The notes: generated by a model from the letters alone, not told the origin. Positions 29,163 to 38,498 are shown, counted from the first letter of the stretch. The stretch: 64,000 bases of DNA from an uncultured Actinomycetota bacterium (GCA_963770565.1 CAVYQE010000008.1:161972-225971); one strand, 5' to 3'. Numbers and translations are program-made.

Positions 29163-29750
29163 TCAGACCGGCTGGGCGACCGGCTCGGCCGGCTCGAGGG
29201 CCGGCGCCGGTGCCGACGGCTCCGCCTCGGGCGGCGCGGAATGCGTCACCCGCATCACCAGGATGACCGCGCCGAGGAGCAGCACCAGGTCACCGACACT
29301 CAGCATGTTGCGCAGCGGCAGCCAGGACGGCGTGACCATGATGTCGCCGAGCCAGCTCAGGTGCGGGTGGGCCAGCACGCCGGAGTTCTGGAAGCCGACC
29401 CGCGGCTTGATGCCGGCCGCACGGAGCGCGTGGGCCGTGGCGGGCAGCGTGCCGTCGTTGACCGCGATCGCGAGTGCATTTGAGCCGGCTCCGAGCGCGA
29501 TCACGATCATGCCGGGCACGGTCCGGTTGACCCAGACCACGGCGGCCAGCATGGCGTAGGTCGCAAGGTGCAGGCCGACCGCGACCGGGTGCGGCATCGC
29601 CGGCCAGATCGTGATCACGAAGACCTGCACGGCGAGGGCCGCGATCGCCAGCGGCACCCATCGGAGCTTGATCTCGGCCAGCCGGCGCAGGTTGCCGCCG
29701 GTGACGGGGACGAGTACGACGATCAGGAGCGCGCAGAATCCGAGGAACAT
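29163..29750 (-). CDS. DUF5317-like membrane protein, candidate aspartic peptidase
   Basis: GGNLRRLAEIKLRW, G..SN..AI.VNDG.LP, LSWLGD, LSVGD; starts 1 nt after the GGDEF-EAL stop. Confidence 0.8.
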   Translation of the reverse strand: MFLGFCALLIVVLVPVTGGNLRRLAEIKLRWVPLAIAALAVQVFVITIWPAMPHPVAVGLHLATYAMLAAVVWVNRTVPGMIVIALGAGSNALAIAVNDGTLPATAHALRAAGIKPRVGFQNSGVLAHPHLSWLGDIMVTPSWLPLRNMLSVGDLVLLLGAVILVMRVTHSAPPEAEPSAPAPALEPAEPVAQPV

Positions 29751-29751
29751 G

Positions 29752-31779
29752 TCACAACGCCTGCAGTTTTGCGCGCGCGGCCACGGCCGGCGGCCTGGTC
29801 CGCTGGCCCAACCAGGCGTTCAGCGCGTCGGCGGTAAGCGGCCGAGCCAGTCGGTAGCCCTGAATCGTGTCGCAGTCGATCGAGGTGAGCAGCGCCCACG
29901 CCTCGTCCGTCTCGACGCCTTCGGCCGTGACCGAAAGCCCGAAGCGGTGGCCCAGGTCCACGATCGCGCGCACGATGATCTCGTCCTTGGGGCTCTCCCC
30001 GAGTTCCGCGACGAACGACTTGTCGATCTTGATCTCGTCGACCGGAAGGGTCTTCAGATAGGCCATCGACGAGTAGCCGGTGCCGAAGTCGTCGATGGCG
30101 ATCTTGCAGCCCATCCGCCGCAGTTTCGCGAGCTGACGAAGATTCTGCTCGCGCTCGCTGACCATGTCCGACTCGGTGATCTCGAGGGTCAGCCATTTCG
30201 GGTCGACGCTGCCACGCACTAGTGCGGCCTCGATCCGATCGATGAACCGGACGTCGTGCATCGTTCGCGGGGAGACGTTCATCGACAGCCCGATCTCTTG
30301 ACCGGACCGATGCCAGATGGACAGCTGGTCGAGCGACTGCTCGAGCAGCGCGTACGTCAACGTGTCCAGCATCCCGGCGCCCTCGGCGATATCGAGGAAC
30401 TCGCCGGGGGCCAGCACGCCGGCATGCGCGTGCCGCCAACGGGCGAGCGCCTCGACCCCGACGATCTCGCCGGTGACCGCGTCGCACATCGGCTGGAAGA
30501 GCGGGAAGACCTCGCCGGACACGATGCCGCGATGAAGGTCGCCGACCAGCGAGAGCCGCTCGACCGAGTGGTCGTCCCGGGTGCCGTCGTAGACCATGAT
30601 GCTGCCGCGCGCGGACTTGGCGTCGTACAGCGCGACGTCGGCTCGTTTGAGCAGCAGGTCCTCGTCTGCGCCGTCGCGCGGGGCAAGGGCGATGCCGACA
30701 CTGCACTGCGCCGACAGGTCGGCGCCGGCCATCGGGAACGTGGAGTCGAACGCCTCCCGCAGCCGCGCGGCCACGTCGACGGCGGCCGCCTCGCTGTCGA
30801 TGTGGTAGGCGAGGATGGCGAACTCGTCACCACCGAGTCGGGCGATGAAGTCGCCGTTTCGCAGCGCTCCTCGCAACCGCGAGGCGACCTCGACCAGCAG
30901 CCGGTCACCGGCGTAGTGGCCCAGGGTGTCGTTGATCTCCTTGAAGTGGTCGAGGTCGACCAGCATGACCGCGACCGGCACCTGCGCGAGGTCCTCGCAG
31001 GCCTGCTTCAGGCGCAGCAGAAGCGAGGTGCGGTTGGGCAGCTCCGTCAGCGCGTCGTGCAGCGCCTCGTGCTCTCGTTCGGAGGCCAGTCGCGCGCTTC
31101 GGTGCACGGCGATCAGCGGGACCATGAGCAGTGGCAGCGCGGCCACCGACCACGCGAGCGACTGCGCGACGACGGGCGCGAGGGCGAGGAGTACGCCGTC
31201 GGTCGGCAGGTGGGAGCGGAAATCCGCGAAGACGAGGCGACGAAGCGGCATTCGGGTGGCGATCGCGACGGCAACCCCGGTGAGGCCGTTGTTGAGGACG
31301 AAGAACGCGGCGCAGCTCAGCAGTGCGGCCGGAAGCTGCGTCGGGGTCAGCGCGGTGGGATGCCCGAACGCGGACTGACCGATCAGAGCCACGAAGACCG
31401 CACGGGTCGCGAGCAGCGCGATCGTGTACTGGCTGACGTTGAAGACCAAGCGGTCCCATGCGCGGCGTTTGCGCGCCTCGTCGACGAACAGCGCGACCGC
31501 CTGGGCAGCGCAGGCAACCCCCGGATCGGTCAGCAGCAGAAGTGCGACGGCAAGGGTGCTCGAGATCGACAACTCGTCGCCGGCGTCGGCGCCGCGCGAG
31601 ACCGGAATGGGCCGCAGCTCGCCGATGATCAGGAAGGCGCAGGCAACGACAACGGCGGGGAGCCGGCCACCGATGTTGGTCCAGGGAACGCGCAGACAGG
31701 CATAGGCAAGAAGCGGCACCCCGAGCAGCGAAACCGCGACCATATAGGCGCGAAGCCATGATCGCTTGGGTGCCGTCAC
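29752..31779 (-). CDS. Membrane-sensor diguanylate cyclase/phosphodiesterase (about 7 TM-GGDEF-EAL)
   Basis: About 230-aa hydrophobic N-terminus; HDALTELPNR, RNGD I-site, GGDEF, EAL, IDDFGTGYSS. Confidence 0.95.
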   Translation of the reverse strand: MTAPKRSWLRAYMVAVSLLGVPLLAYACLRVPWTNIGGRLPAVVVACAFLIIGELRPIPVSRGADAGDELSISSTLAVALLLLTDPGVACAAQAVALFVDEARKRRAWDRLVFNVSQYTIALLATRAVFVALIGQSAFGHPTALTPTQLPAALLSCAAFFVLNNGLTGVAVAIATRMPLRRLVFADFRSHLPTDGVLLALAPVVAQSLAWSVAALPLLMVPLIAVHRSARLASEREHEALHDALTELPNRTSLLLRLKQACEDLAQVPVAVMLVDLDHFKEINDTLGHYAGDRLLVEVASRLRGALRNGDFIARLGGDEFAILAYHIDSEAAAVDVAARLREAFDSTFPMAGADLSAQCSVGIALAPRDGADEDLLLKRADVALYDAKSARGSIMVYDGTRDDHSVERLSLVGDLHRGIVSGEVFPLFQPMCDAVTGEIVGVEALARWRHAHAGVLAPGEFLDIAEGAGMLDTLTYALLEQSLDQLSIWHRSGQEIGLSMNVSPRTMHDVRFIDRIEAALVRGSVDPKWLTLEITESDMVSEREQNLRQLAKLRRMGCKIAIDDFGTGYSSMAYLKTLPVDEIKIDKSFVAELGESPKDEIIVRAIVDLGHRFGLSVTAEGVETDEAWALLTSIDCDTIQGYRLARPLTADALNAWLGQRTRPPAVAARAKLQAL

Positions 31780-31849
31780 CGTGATTCCTGCCCGTGAGTG
31801 AGGTGGATGTCAGGCGTCCGCGTGGGCGACGGACCGCCGAACAACGTTG

Positions 31850-31933
31850 CTAGAACTTGTGACCGGCTTGGATGGCCGATCCGCGCGAACCGACATCGTC
31901 GCCGATTCCCTTGAATGTGGTTACCGTTTCCAC
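31850..31933 (-). CDS. Small peptide 2 (27 aa) METVTTFKGIGDDVGSRGSAIQAGHKF
   Basis: Manual translation; GTG start 6 nt after AAGGGGG RBS; same AG-x-KF-stop ending as peptide 1. Confidence 0.6.
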   Translation of the reverse strand: METVTTFKGIGDDVGSRGSAIQAGHKF

Positions 31934-31976
31934 GGCTAACCCCCTTCTCGTGGTCTGAGTTTCAGGAAGTAGCCGA

Positions 31977-32063
31977 TCAGAACTTCCAGCCGGCACCGCC
32001 GACTGTGACAACAGTCACGACAGCGCTCGCTGCGATGGCGAATCGGGTCAGCATGTTGCGCAT
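31977..32063 (-). CDS. Small peptide 1 (28 aa) MRNMLTRFAIAASAVVTVVTVGGAGWKF
   Basis: RBS GGAGGGGGTG; alternative ATG at 32069; basic N-region + hydrophobic core + AG-WKF. Confidence 0.75.
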   Translation of the reverse strand: MRNMLTRFAIAASAVVTVVTVGGAGWKF

Positions 32064-32211
32064 AGACATCCACCCCCTCCCGCGCGAGATTGGTCTTCTT
32101 AGGATCGCAACCACCGGGTAGGAACACACTCGCCCGTCCGGCCCAAGCGGATAGGCCATCGGGCCGAGCGACACCACCCGCTACCACGGACCGATCCGCT
32201 ACGGTTCCGCC

Positions 32212-32517
32212 ATGACGGTGAAGCTTGTGGTTCTCTACACCCAGCCTGACGACGCGGACGGCTTCGACGAGCACTACCTCGGCGTACACGGGCCGCTGGT
32301 CCAGAGCATTCCCGGGCTGTTGCGCTTCGAGGGCGCGCGCTTCGTCGCGGCACCCGATGGTGGCGAGCAGACCTACCACCGGGTCGCCGAGCTCTACTTC
32401 GACGACCCCGCCGCGCTAGAGGCGGCGCTGGGCAGCGACGAGGGCAAGGCGACCGGCGCGGACTACCGGCAGATCGCACCGCCCGGCTCGCGGATGTTCG
32501 TCGCGGCCGTCGACTAG
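32212..32517 (+). CDS. EthD family reductase
   Basis: KLVVLY..P.D...FDEHY...HGPL...IPGL, AELYFDD. Confidence 0.88.
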   Translation: MTVKLVVLYTQPDDADGFDEHYLGVHGPLVQSIPGLLRFEGARFVAAPDGGEQTYHRVAELYFDDPAALEAALGSDEGKATGADYRQIAPPGSRMFVAAVD

Positions 32518-33584
32518 GCCGGGCCGTTTGCCGCGAGCGTGGCGAGCAACTCGAACGAGCGCAGCCGGTCTGCTGGGTCGAACGTTGACGTCGTCACCAT
32601 GAGTTCGTCGGCCGCGGTCGACTCGAGCAGCGCCGTAATACGCCTGCCCACGGCCCCCGGCGAGCCGATGATCTGGGTGTCGAGCCGCCCGTCGACGAAC
32701 TCCCGTTCGGCGGGGGAGTACTCGTACGACGCGGTCTCCTCCGGAGTCGGCGTCGTGGATGGCCGTCCGGCCCGAAGCCGCAGGAACCCGAGCGCGCCGG
32801 GCTCGGCAAGCGTGCGCGCGCCTTGGTCGGTGTCGGCGCAGAGGACGGCTGCGCAGACCATGGCGTAAGGCCGCTCAAGGGCCGCCGACGGGCGGAACCT
32901 CGCGCGGTACACCGCAAGGGCCGGTTCGGTGTTCGCCGGGCTGAAGTGGTGGGCAAAGGCGAACGGAAGCCCCAACATCGCGGCGACCTGGGCGCTGTAG
33001 TCACTCGAGCCGAGCAGCCACAACTGCGGCGGGTTGCCCTTCCCGGGGACAGCGGTGACGCCGGCCATCAGGTGTCCGGCCGGCCACTGACCGCTGAAGA
33101 AGCCAAGCAAGTCGGTCAGCTGGGCGGGAAACTCGTCCGCAGTCAGCGCGTCCACCGATCGCCGGAGCGCGTACGCCGTGAGCTGGTCGGTGCCGGGTGC
33201 CCGCCCGATCCCGAGATCGACCCGACCCGGGTGCAACGCCTCGAGCATGCCGAACTGCTCGGCGACGACGAGCGGAGCGTGGTTGGGCAGCATGACGCCA
33301 CCCGATCCGATCCTGATCGTCGACGTCCGCGCCGCGATCGCGGCCAGCAGTACGGCCGGCGAAGAGCTCGCAATGCCCGGCATGTTGTGGTGCTCGGCGA
33401 CCCAGAGCCGGTGATATCCCAGCGTCTCGACCCGCTCGGCGAGCGCCAAGGACGCCTGCAGGGCCTCGCCGACCGAAGATCCGGTTGCCACCGGAGCCAG
33501 GTCGAGAACCGACAACGGGACCCGCCGGCCGTCCGGCGCCGCGATCGAAAGGCCGGCGTCAGCGGGCCGGGTGGGGATCGTCAT
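32514..33584 (-). CDS. LLM-class flavin-dependent monooxygenase (luciferase-like group 1)
   Basis: LSVLDLAP, WVAEHHNMPGIASS, GSGGVMLPNH, LGIGRAPG. Confidence 0.92.
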   Translation of the reverse strand: MTIPTRPADAGLSIAAPDGRRVPLSVLDLAPVATGSSVGEALQASLALAERVETLGYHRLWVAEHHNMPGIASSSPAVLLAAIAARTSTIRIGSGGVMLPNHAPLVVAEQFGMLEALHPGRVDLGIGRAPGTDQLTAYALRRSVDALTADEFPAQLTDLLGFFSGQWPAGHLMAGVTAVPGKGNPPQLWLLGSSDYSAQVAAMLGLPFAFAHHFSPANTEPALAVYRARFRPSAALERPYAMVCAAVLCADTDQGARTLAEPGALGFLRLRAGRPSTTPTPEETASYEYSPAEREFVDGRLDTQIIGSPGAVGRRITALLESTAADELMVTTSTFDPADRLRSFELLATLAANGPA

Positions 33585-33642
33585 CTCGAGGAACAATGAC
33601 GCCGGTCGGGTCGGGGCTATTCCGCCGTCGCCGCTTGCGGGC

Positions 33643-33852
33643 TCAGTCGATGCCGAGCATGACCTCGGTCGACTTGATGATCGCCGTGACCGCGGATCCC
33701 GGCTGCAGGCCGAGCTCGTCGACCGCCTGCTTGGTGACCGAAGCGGTGACCTGCTGGCCGCCGTCGAGGTCGACGGTGACGATCGTCATGACGGAGCCGA
33801 CGTCGATGGACGCCACGGTGCCGGTGAGCTGGTTGCGCGCGGACAGGCGCAT
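33643..33852 (-). CDS. Mop/TOBE molybdate-binding protein (molbindin)
   Basis: MRLSARNQLTG...AIIKSTEVM; RBS GGAGG. Confidence 0.93.
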   Translation of the reverse strand: MRLSARNQLTGTVASIDVGSVMTIVTVDLDGGQQVTASVTKQAVDELGLQPGSAVTAIIKSTEVMLGID

Positions 33853-34019
33853 GGCTGCCTCCAGGGGAGCGGGGTCACTCGGCCTGAGCGTAGACGGCGA
33901 CTCCCTGAGCGTTCGGTGCTACGGGTGCCGCCGCTTAATGCCGATATGGAGGCGATGCCCTTGTCTTGGGCCAGTCCGTCGCTGGCTTGGAGGTCGACGT
34001 TCACGTGAGGCGCCAGACC

Positions 34020-36809
34020 ATGCCGTCTCAGGTCATTGGCGGCCGGCACGGCCTCGGGCCGATCGCCCGGGTCGCGCGGCATCTGCGTGCCGTGACCTGG
34101 GTGCTGCTTGTGGTCGGGATCGCCGGTTCGGTCGTTGTCGCCGGCGAATGGCGGATCAGCCAGGTTCACCACGCCCGGCATGTCTTCACTGAGCAGTCCT
34201 CCGACGTCGCGGCGTCCTTGTCCACCTCGCTGGCCAGGCTCGACGACCTGACCGCCACGATGCGGGCCGCGGTCTCGACCCACCCGACGATGTCGAGCCG
34301 GGCGTGGGCGGACTGGTCGGCCGATCTGAGCGTCACCCATCGATACCCGGGCGCCCTCGGGCTGGCTTACGCCCAGGTCGTGCCGGTGGGCCAGCTCAAG
34401 CGGTACGAGGCGACGGTCAAGGCTGACCCGCCCCTCGGCGCAACCCGGTCCACCGCATTCACGATCGTGCCGCCGGGACAGCGGTCGTCGTACTGCTTCA
34501 TCCGGCTTCGTAGCGGCAACAGTGTGCTGAACCAGGTCCCGATCGGCCTCGATCTCTGCGCGGTCAGTGGCAGCGGCTTCTTCTCGAAGCCGCGCGACAC
34601 CGGCCAGTTCCAGGTCACCCCGGTGCAGTTCGGGACCTCCTCGGCGGCGGCGATCTTCGCTCCGGTGTATCGCGGCGGTGTGATCCCGCCGACGCTCGCT
34701 GCCCGCCGCGCCCACTTCACCGGCTTGGTCGGCGGACTGTTCGACGTGCACGCCCTGCTGAAGTCGGCCCTGCGTCCTTATGCCGGGCTCAGCGCCACGC
34801 TGTCCCGGCGTGACGTCGGCCTGAGTACGGCGGCCCAGCGCGCGGCGTCGGGACTTGACGGGACCTTCGGCGACGCGCTCGGCGCCAAGGTCGGCGCGAT
34901 CGGGGCAAAGCCGACCCACTCGGTCGTGTCGCACACGGTCAGTTTCAACTCTGACGGCCAGTGGACCATCCAGGTCTTCGGTTCGGACGCGGCGGCGGTG
35001 CGTGATGCGTCGAGGCAGGCGATCCTGGGCTTCCTGGTCGGTCTCCTGCTGACGGTGCTGGCGTTCGCGCTGGCTCGGGTCCTGGTCCGTGGCCGGCAGC
35101 GCGCGCTCGATCTGGTCGAGAGCCGGACCGCCGAGCTGAGCACGTCGGAGGCGCGGTTCCGGTCGCTGGCGGCCGCGTCGTACACCGGGATCCTCGAGAC
35201 CGACGTCGACGGGAGGTTCCGATATGCCAACCGGCGACTCGAACGGATCCTCGGCATCGGCGCGGAGGAGATGCTCGACCACGGCTGGCTCGGCGCGTTC
35301 GCGGACGCTGACCGGGAGCGGATGCTCGAGGAGCTGAAGGGTGCAGGCGACGGCCCGTCGACCGGTGTCGACGCCAAGCTCGGCGGTGAGGACGGATCAC
35401 GCTGGGTTCGGTTGTCGACCGCGCGGATGGTGAAGGACGGGGTCCTCACCGGTTTCGTGTCCTCGGTCGAAGACGTGACCGACGAGGTCAACGCCACCGA
35501 GCGGCTCAAGACCGCGGCAACCCACGACTCGTTGACCGGGCTGCCGAACCGCGCCTACTTCCTCGAACTGCTCGGACAGGCGCTGCATCACATCGGCGAG
35601 CACGGCGGCCAGTTCGCGGTTCTGTTCATCGACCTCGACCGCTTCAAGCAGGTCAATGACACGCACGGGCATGCGGTCGGCGACGAGCTCCTGATCGCCA
35701 CCGCTGAGCGAATCTCACATTCCCTGCGTCCCGGCGACCGGGTTGCCCGGCTCGGCGGTGACGAGTTCGCCGTACTGATGGCCGGGATCGAGATGTCGGC
35801 AGCGGTGGCGGTGGTCGACCGGCTACAGGGCGCCGTCGCCCGGCCGTTCAGCTTCGGGTCGGTGGACGCGATCATCGGCGCGAGCGTCGGCATGGTGGTC
35901 GTCGACGACCCGTCCGGGGACCCCGCCACGATCCTGCAGGACGCCGACATGGCGATGTACCGGGCTAAGGAAGGCCTGACCCGGTTCGAGGTCTTCGACG
36001 TGTCGCTGCGCACCACGATCCTCGAGCGGTTCGAGACCGAACAAGCGCTCCGGGTCGCGATCGATCACGACGAGCTGACACTGAACTATCAGCCGGTGGT
36101 GAAGCTCTCAAACGGACACGTGGCCGGTGGCGAGGCACTGCTGCGCTGGCGGCACCCGACCCGGGGACTGCTGCATCCCGGCCAGTTCCTTCCGCTGGCG
36201 GAGGCGACCGGCCTGGTAGTGCCGATCGGCGACTGGACCATTCGTACGGCGGTCGAGGCGGCGTCGGGCTGGCCCGGGCCGCACCCGCTGACCGTGTCGA
36301 TCAACTTCTCGGCGCAGCAACTGACCGCGACCAACCTGCTGCCGACGATCGAGGACCTGCTGATGCGCCACTCGATCGATCCCGGCCGGTTGTGTGTCGA
36401 GGTCCTCGAGACGCATCTGCTCGACAACACCAACATCAGCGTGCTCGCCGAGATGAAGCGGCTCGGCGTCCGGATCGCGATCGACGACTTCGGCAGCGGC
36501 TACAGCAGCCTGCTCTACCTGAAGCGGATGGCGGCCGACGTCATCAAGATCGACCGCGCCCTCGTGATGGATCTCGCCGACCGGGCCGACGACCGCATCA
36601 TCGTCGCGAAGGTCATCGAGCTGGCCCACGAGCTCGGCATGAGCGTGGTGGCAGAGGGCGTGGAGCTGCCCGGCCAGGCCGACATTCTCCGCGACCTCGG
36701 CTGCGACTTCGCTCAAGGGTTCGCCTGGTCGCCGGCGGTGCCCGGCCCGGAGTTCGAGCAGCTACTGATTGCCGGCTTGACCGACATCACCTCGGTCTCG
36801 GTCGCCTGA
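34020..36809 (+). CDS. CHASE-PAS-GGDEF-EAL signalling protein
   Basis: Two TM segments flanking an extracellular CHASE-like domain (RYPGALGL, APVYR), PAS, GGDEF, EAL, IDDFGSGYSS. Confidence 0.93.
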   Translation: MPSQVIGGRHGLGPIARVARHLRAVTWVLLVVGIAGSVVVAGEWRISQVHHARHVFTEQSSDVAASLSTSLARLDDLTATMRAAVSTHPTMSSRAWADWSADLSVTHRYPGALGLAYAQVVPVGQLKRYEATVKADPPLGATRSTAFTIVPPGQRSSYCFIRLRSGNSVLNQVPIGLDLCAVSGSGFFSKPRDTGQFQVTPVQFGTSSAAAIFAPVYRGGVIPPTLAARRAHFTGLVGGLFDVHALLKSALRPYAGLSATLSRRDVGLSTAAQRAASGLDGTFGDALGAKVGAIGAKPTHSVVSHTVSFNSDGQWTIQVFGSDAAAVRDASRQAILGFLVGLLLTVLAFALARVLVRGRQRALDLVESRTAELSTSEARFRSLAAASYTGILETDVDGRFRYANRRLERILGIGAEEMLDHGWLGAFADADRERMLEELKGAGDGPSTGVDAKLGGEDGSRWVRLSTARMVKDGVLTGFVSSVEDVTDEVNATERLKTAATHDSLTGLPNRAYFLELLGQALHHIGEHGGQFAVLFIDLDRFKQVNDTHGHAVGDELLIATAERISHSLRPGDRVARLGGDEFAVLMAGIEMSAAVAVVDRLQGAVARPFSFGSVDAIIGASVGMVVVDDPSGDPATILQDADMAMYRAKEGLTRFEVFDVSLRTTILERFETEQALRVAIDHDELTLNYQPVVKLSNGHVAGGEALLRWRHPTRGLLHPGQFLPLAEATGLVVPIGDWTIRTAVEAASGWPGPHPLTVSINFSAQQLTATNLLPTIEDLLMRHSIDPGRLCVEVLETHLLDNTNISVLAEMKRLGVRIAIDDFGSGYSSLLYLKRMAADVIKIDRALVMDLADRADDRIIVAKVIELAHELGMSVVAEGVELPGQADILRDLGCDFAQGFAWSPAVPGPEFEQLLIAGLTDITSVSVA

Positions 36810-36825
36810 CCACACCGACCGGCCG

Positions 36826-38352
36826 TCAGGCGCTCGGCGCGGCGTCTACGACGCCGTCGGCGCCGGCATCCGGCCCGTCCGCCAGATCTCGGGCGAGCTG
36901 GAGCTTGTTGCGGTACATCGCCTCGTCCGCGGCCTTCAGCGCCGCCAGCCCGGTCGTCGTCGCGGCGCCGATGGTCTCGAGGCCCATGCTCAAGCCGAGC
37001 GAGAAGCCGATCACGTCGAACGGGCGAGCGAACGAGGCGGAAATGCGCTCGCACAGCATCGAGGCGCTCTGGGCACTGAGGTCCTCGGCGAGCACGACGA
37101 ACTCGTCGCCGCCGAGCCGGGCGACGGTGTCGCGCGAGCGCACCTGCTCGACCAGCCGGGTCGCGGCCTCCTGAAGGACGGCGTCGCCGACCAGGTGGCC
37201 GTGGGTGTCGTTGACCGCCTTGAACCCGTCGAGGTCGCAGAACAGCACGGTCGTCGTACGGCTGTGTCGCTGCGCCCGGGTGACGGCCGCGTCGAGTCGC
37301 TGCAGCAGAAGTCGGCGGTTGGGCAGCCCGGTGAGCGGGTCATGACTGGCCTGGTGCTGCAGGTCGGCTTCGCGCTGGCGGCGGTCGCTGACGTCCTCGG
37401 AATGGATCAGCAGGAAGCGCGACCGGGCGTCTCCCGGGTCGATCACGGTCGCGGTCAGGCAGACCCACACGTGCTGCTCGTCGGCCCGGAGAAACCGGCA
37501 CTCGAGCCGGAAGTCGGTGAGCGCGCCGTCGCGGGCCTGCTCGAGCGCGCGGCGCAGCTGACCGCTGTCCTCGGTCGCCACGAGGGCGTCGATCGGGTGC
37601 CGGATCAGGTCGTCGGTCGCATAGCCGAGCACCCGGCCGAAGGCGTCGTTCGCGCGCTGGAAGCTGCCCAGCTCGAGCGGGTTGAGGCTGACCAGCGCCA
37701 TCCCGGTGGCCGAGCCGTCGAAGGAGAAGCGGAAGGCCGCCTCGCTGGCCGCCAGCCGGGCCTGCTCGCGCTGCAGATCTTCGCGCTCGTCGTGCAGCTG
37801 CTCGGTCAGGCGGGCGCTTGAGATCGCGATCCCGGCTTGGAGGGCGAGCGCTTCGAGCAGCTCGCGCTGCATCTGGTCGGGGAGCCGTCCGCTATCCGGT
37901 ACGTCGACCGACAGCAGGCCGACCAGCTCGCCACCGGGTGCAGTCAGTTGGGCGAACAGCAGGTCGAGCGGGTGCCAGGCATCGGGGTCGTTGCTGATCG
38001 CGATGTTGGGGATCCAGACGTTCGACCGCGGGCTCGTTGCTCGCTGGTGTGGGACGAAGCGAAGCGTGCCCCACTCCTCGGCCCGCGACATTTCAGCGAA
38101 GACCTCTTCCTTGCCCATGCTGGTGCCCATGAGCTCGCGGGCGGCCTCCTCCGAGCCCGCCACCGCCACCACCTCGAACGTGCCGTCCGGGCGGCGCAGG
38201 TTGACGGCGGCGACTTCGAACCCGATGAACTCCACCACTGCGTGCGCGATCGCGTCGAGGGTGTCGGCGAGCCGCAAGCCGGCGTGAATCCGCGCGCCGA
38301 GGCCGGACAGGACCGCGACAAGATCGCGATCGGACGTCAGCGCGCCGTTCAC
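36826..38352 (-). CDS. GAF-PAS-GGDEF diguanylate cyclase
   Basis: GAF (WHPLDLL...LVGLLSVD.P), PAS, HDPLTGLPNR, RSRD I-site, GGDEF; start estimated. Confidence 0.9.
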   Translation of the reverse strand: MNGALTSDRDLVAVLSGLGARIHAGLRLADTLDAIAHAVVEFIGFEVAAVNLRRPDGTFEVVAVAGSEEAARELMGTSMGKEEVFAEMSRAEEWGTLRFVPHQRATSPRSNVWIPNIAISNDPDAWHPLDLLFAQLTAPGGELVGLLSVDVPDSGRLPDQMQRELLEALALQAGIAISSARLTEQLHDEREDLQREQARLAASEAAFRFSFDGSATGMALVSLNPLELGSFQRANDAFGRVLGYATDDLIRHPIDALVATEDSGQLRRALEQARDGALTDFRLECRFLRADEQHVWVCLTATVIDPGDARSRFLLIHSEDVSDRRQREADLQHQASHDPLTGLPNRRLLLQRLDAAVTRAQRHSRTTTVLFCDLDGFKAVNDTHGHLVGDAVLQEAATRLVEQVRSRDTVARLGGDEFVVLAEDLSAQSASMLCERISASFARPFDVIGFSLGLSMGLETIGAATTTGLAALKAADEAMYRNKLQLARDLADGPDAGADGVVDAAPSA

Positions 38353-38498
38353 ACCCGATTCATCGGCACGAGGCGCGGTGCGGTGCAGTGCCACGTGGCG
38401 GATCGCGCGGGGTGATCGCCGGAGGATGATCCGGACATCTCGTTCATACCAGCGCATACCAAGCGGGCGGTCGGGCCTCCTCGGCCGTGCCGTACGGT

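Noticed and set aside
33853-33965. Moco/Wco riboswitch upstream of mop (also looked upstream of 22368)
   Set aside because: The conserved Moco RNA elements were not recognisable by eye; an Infernal search would be decisive.
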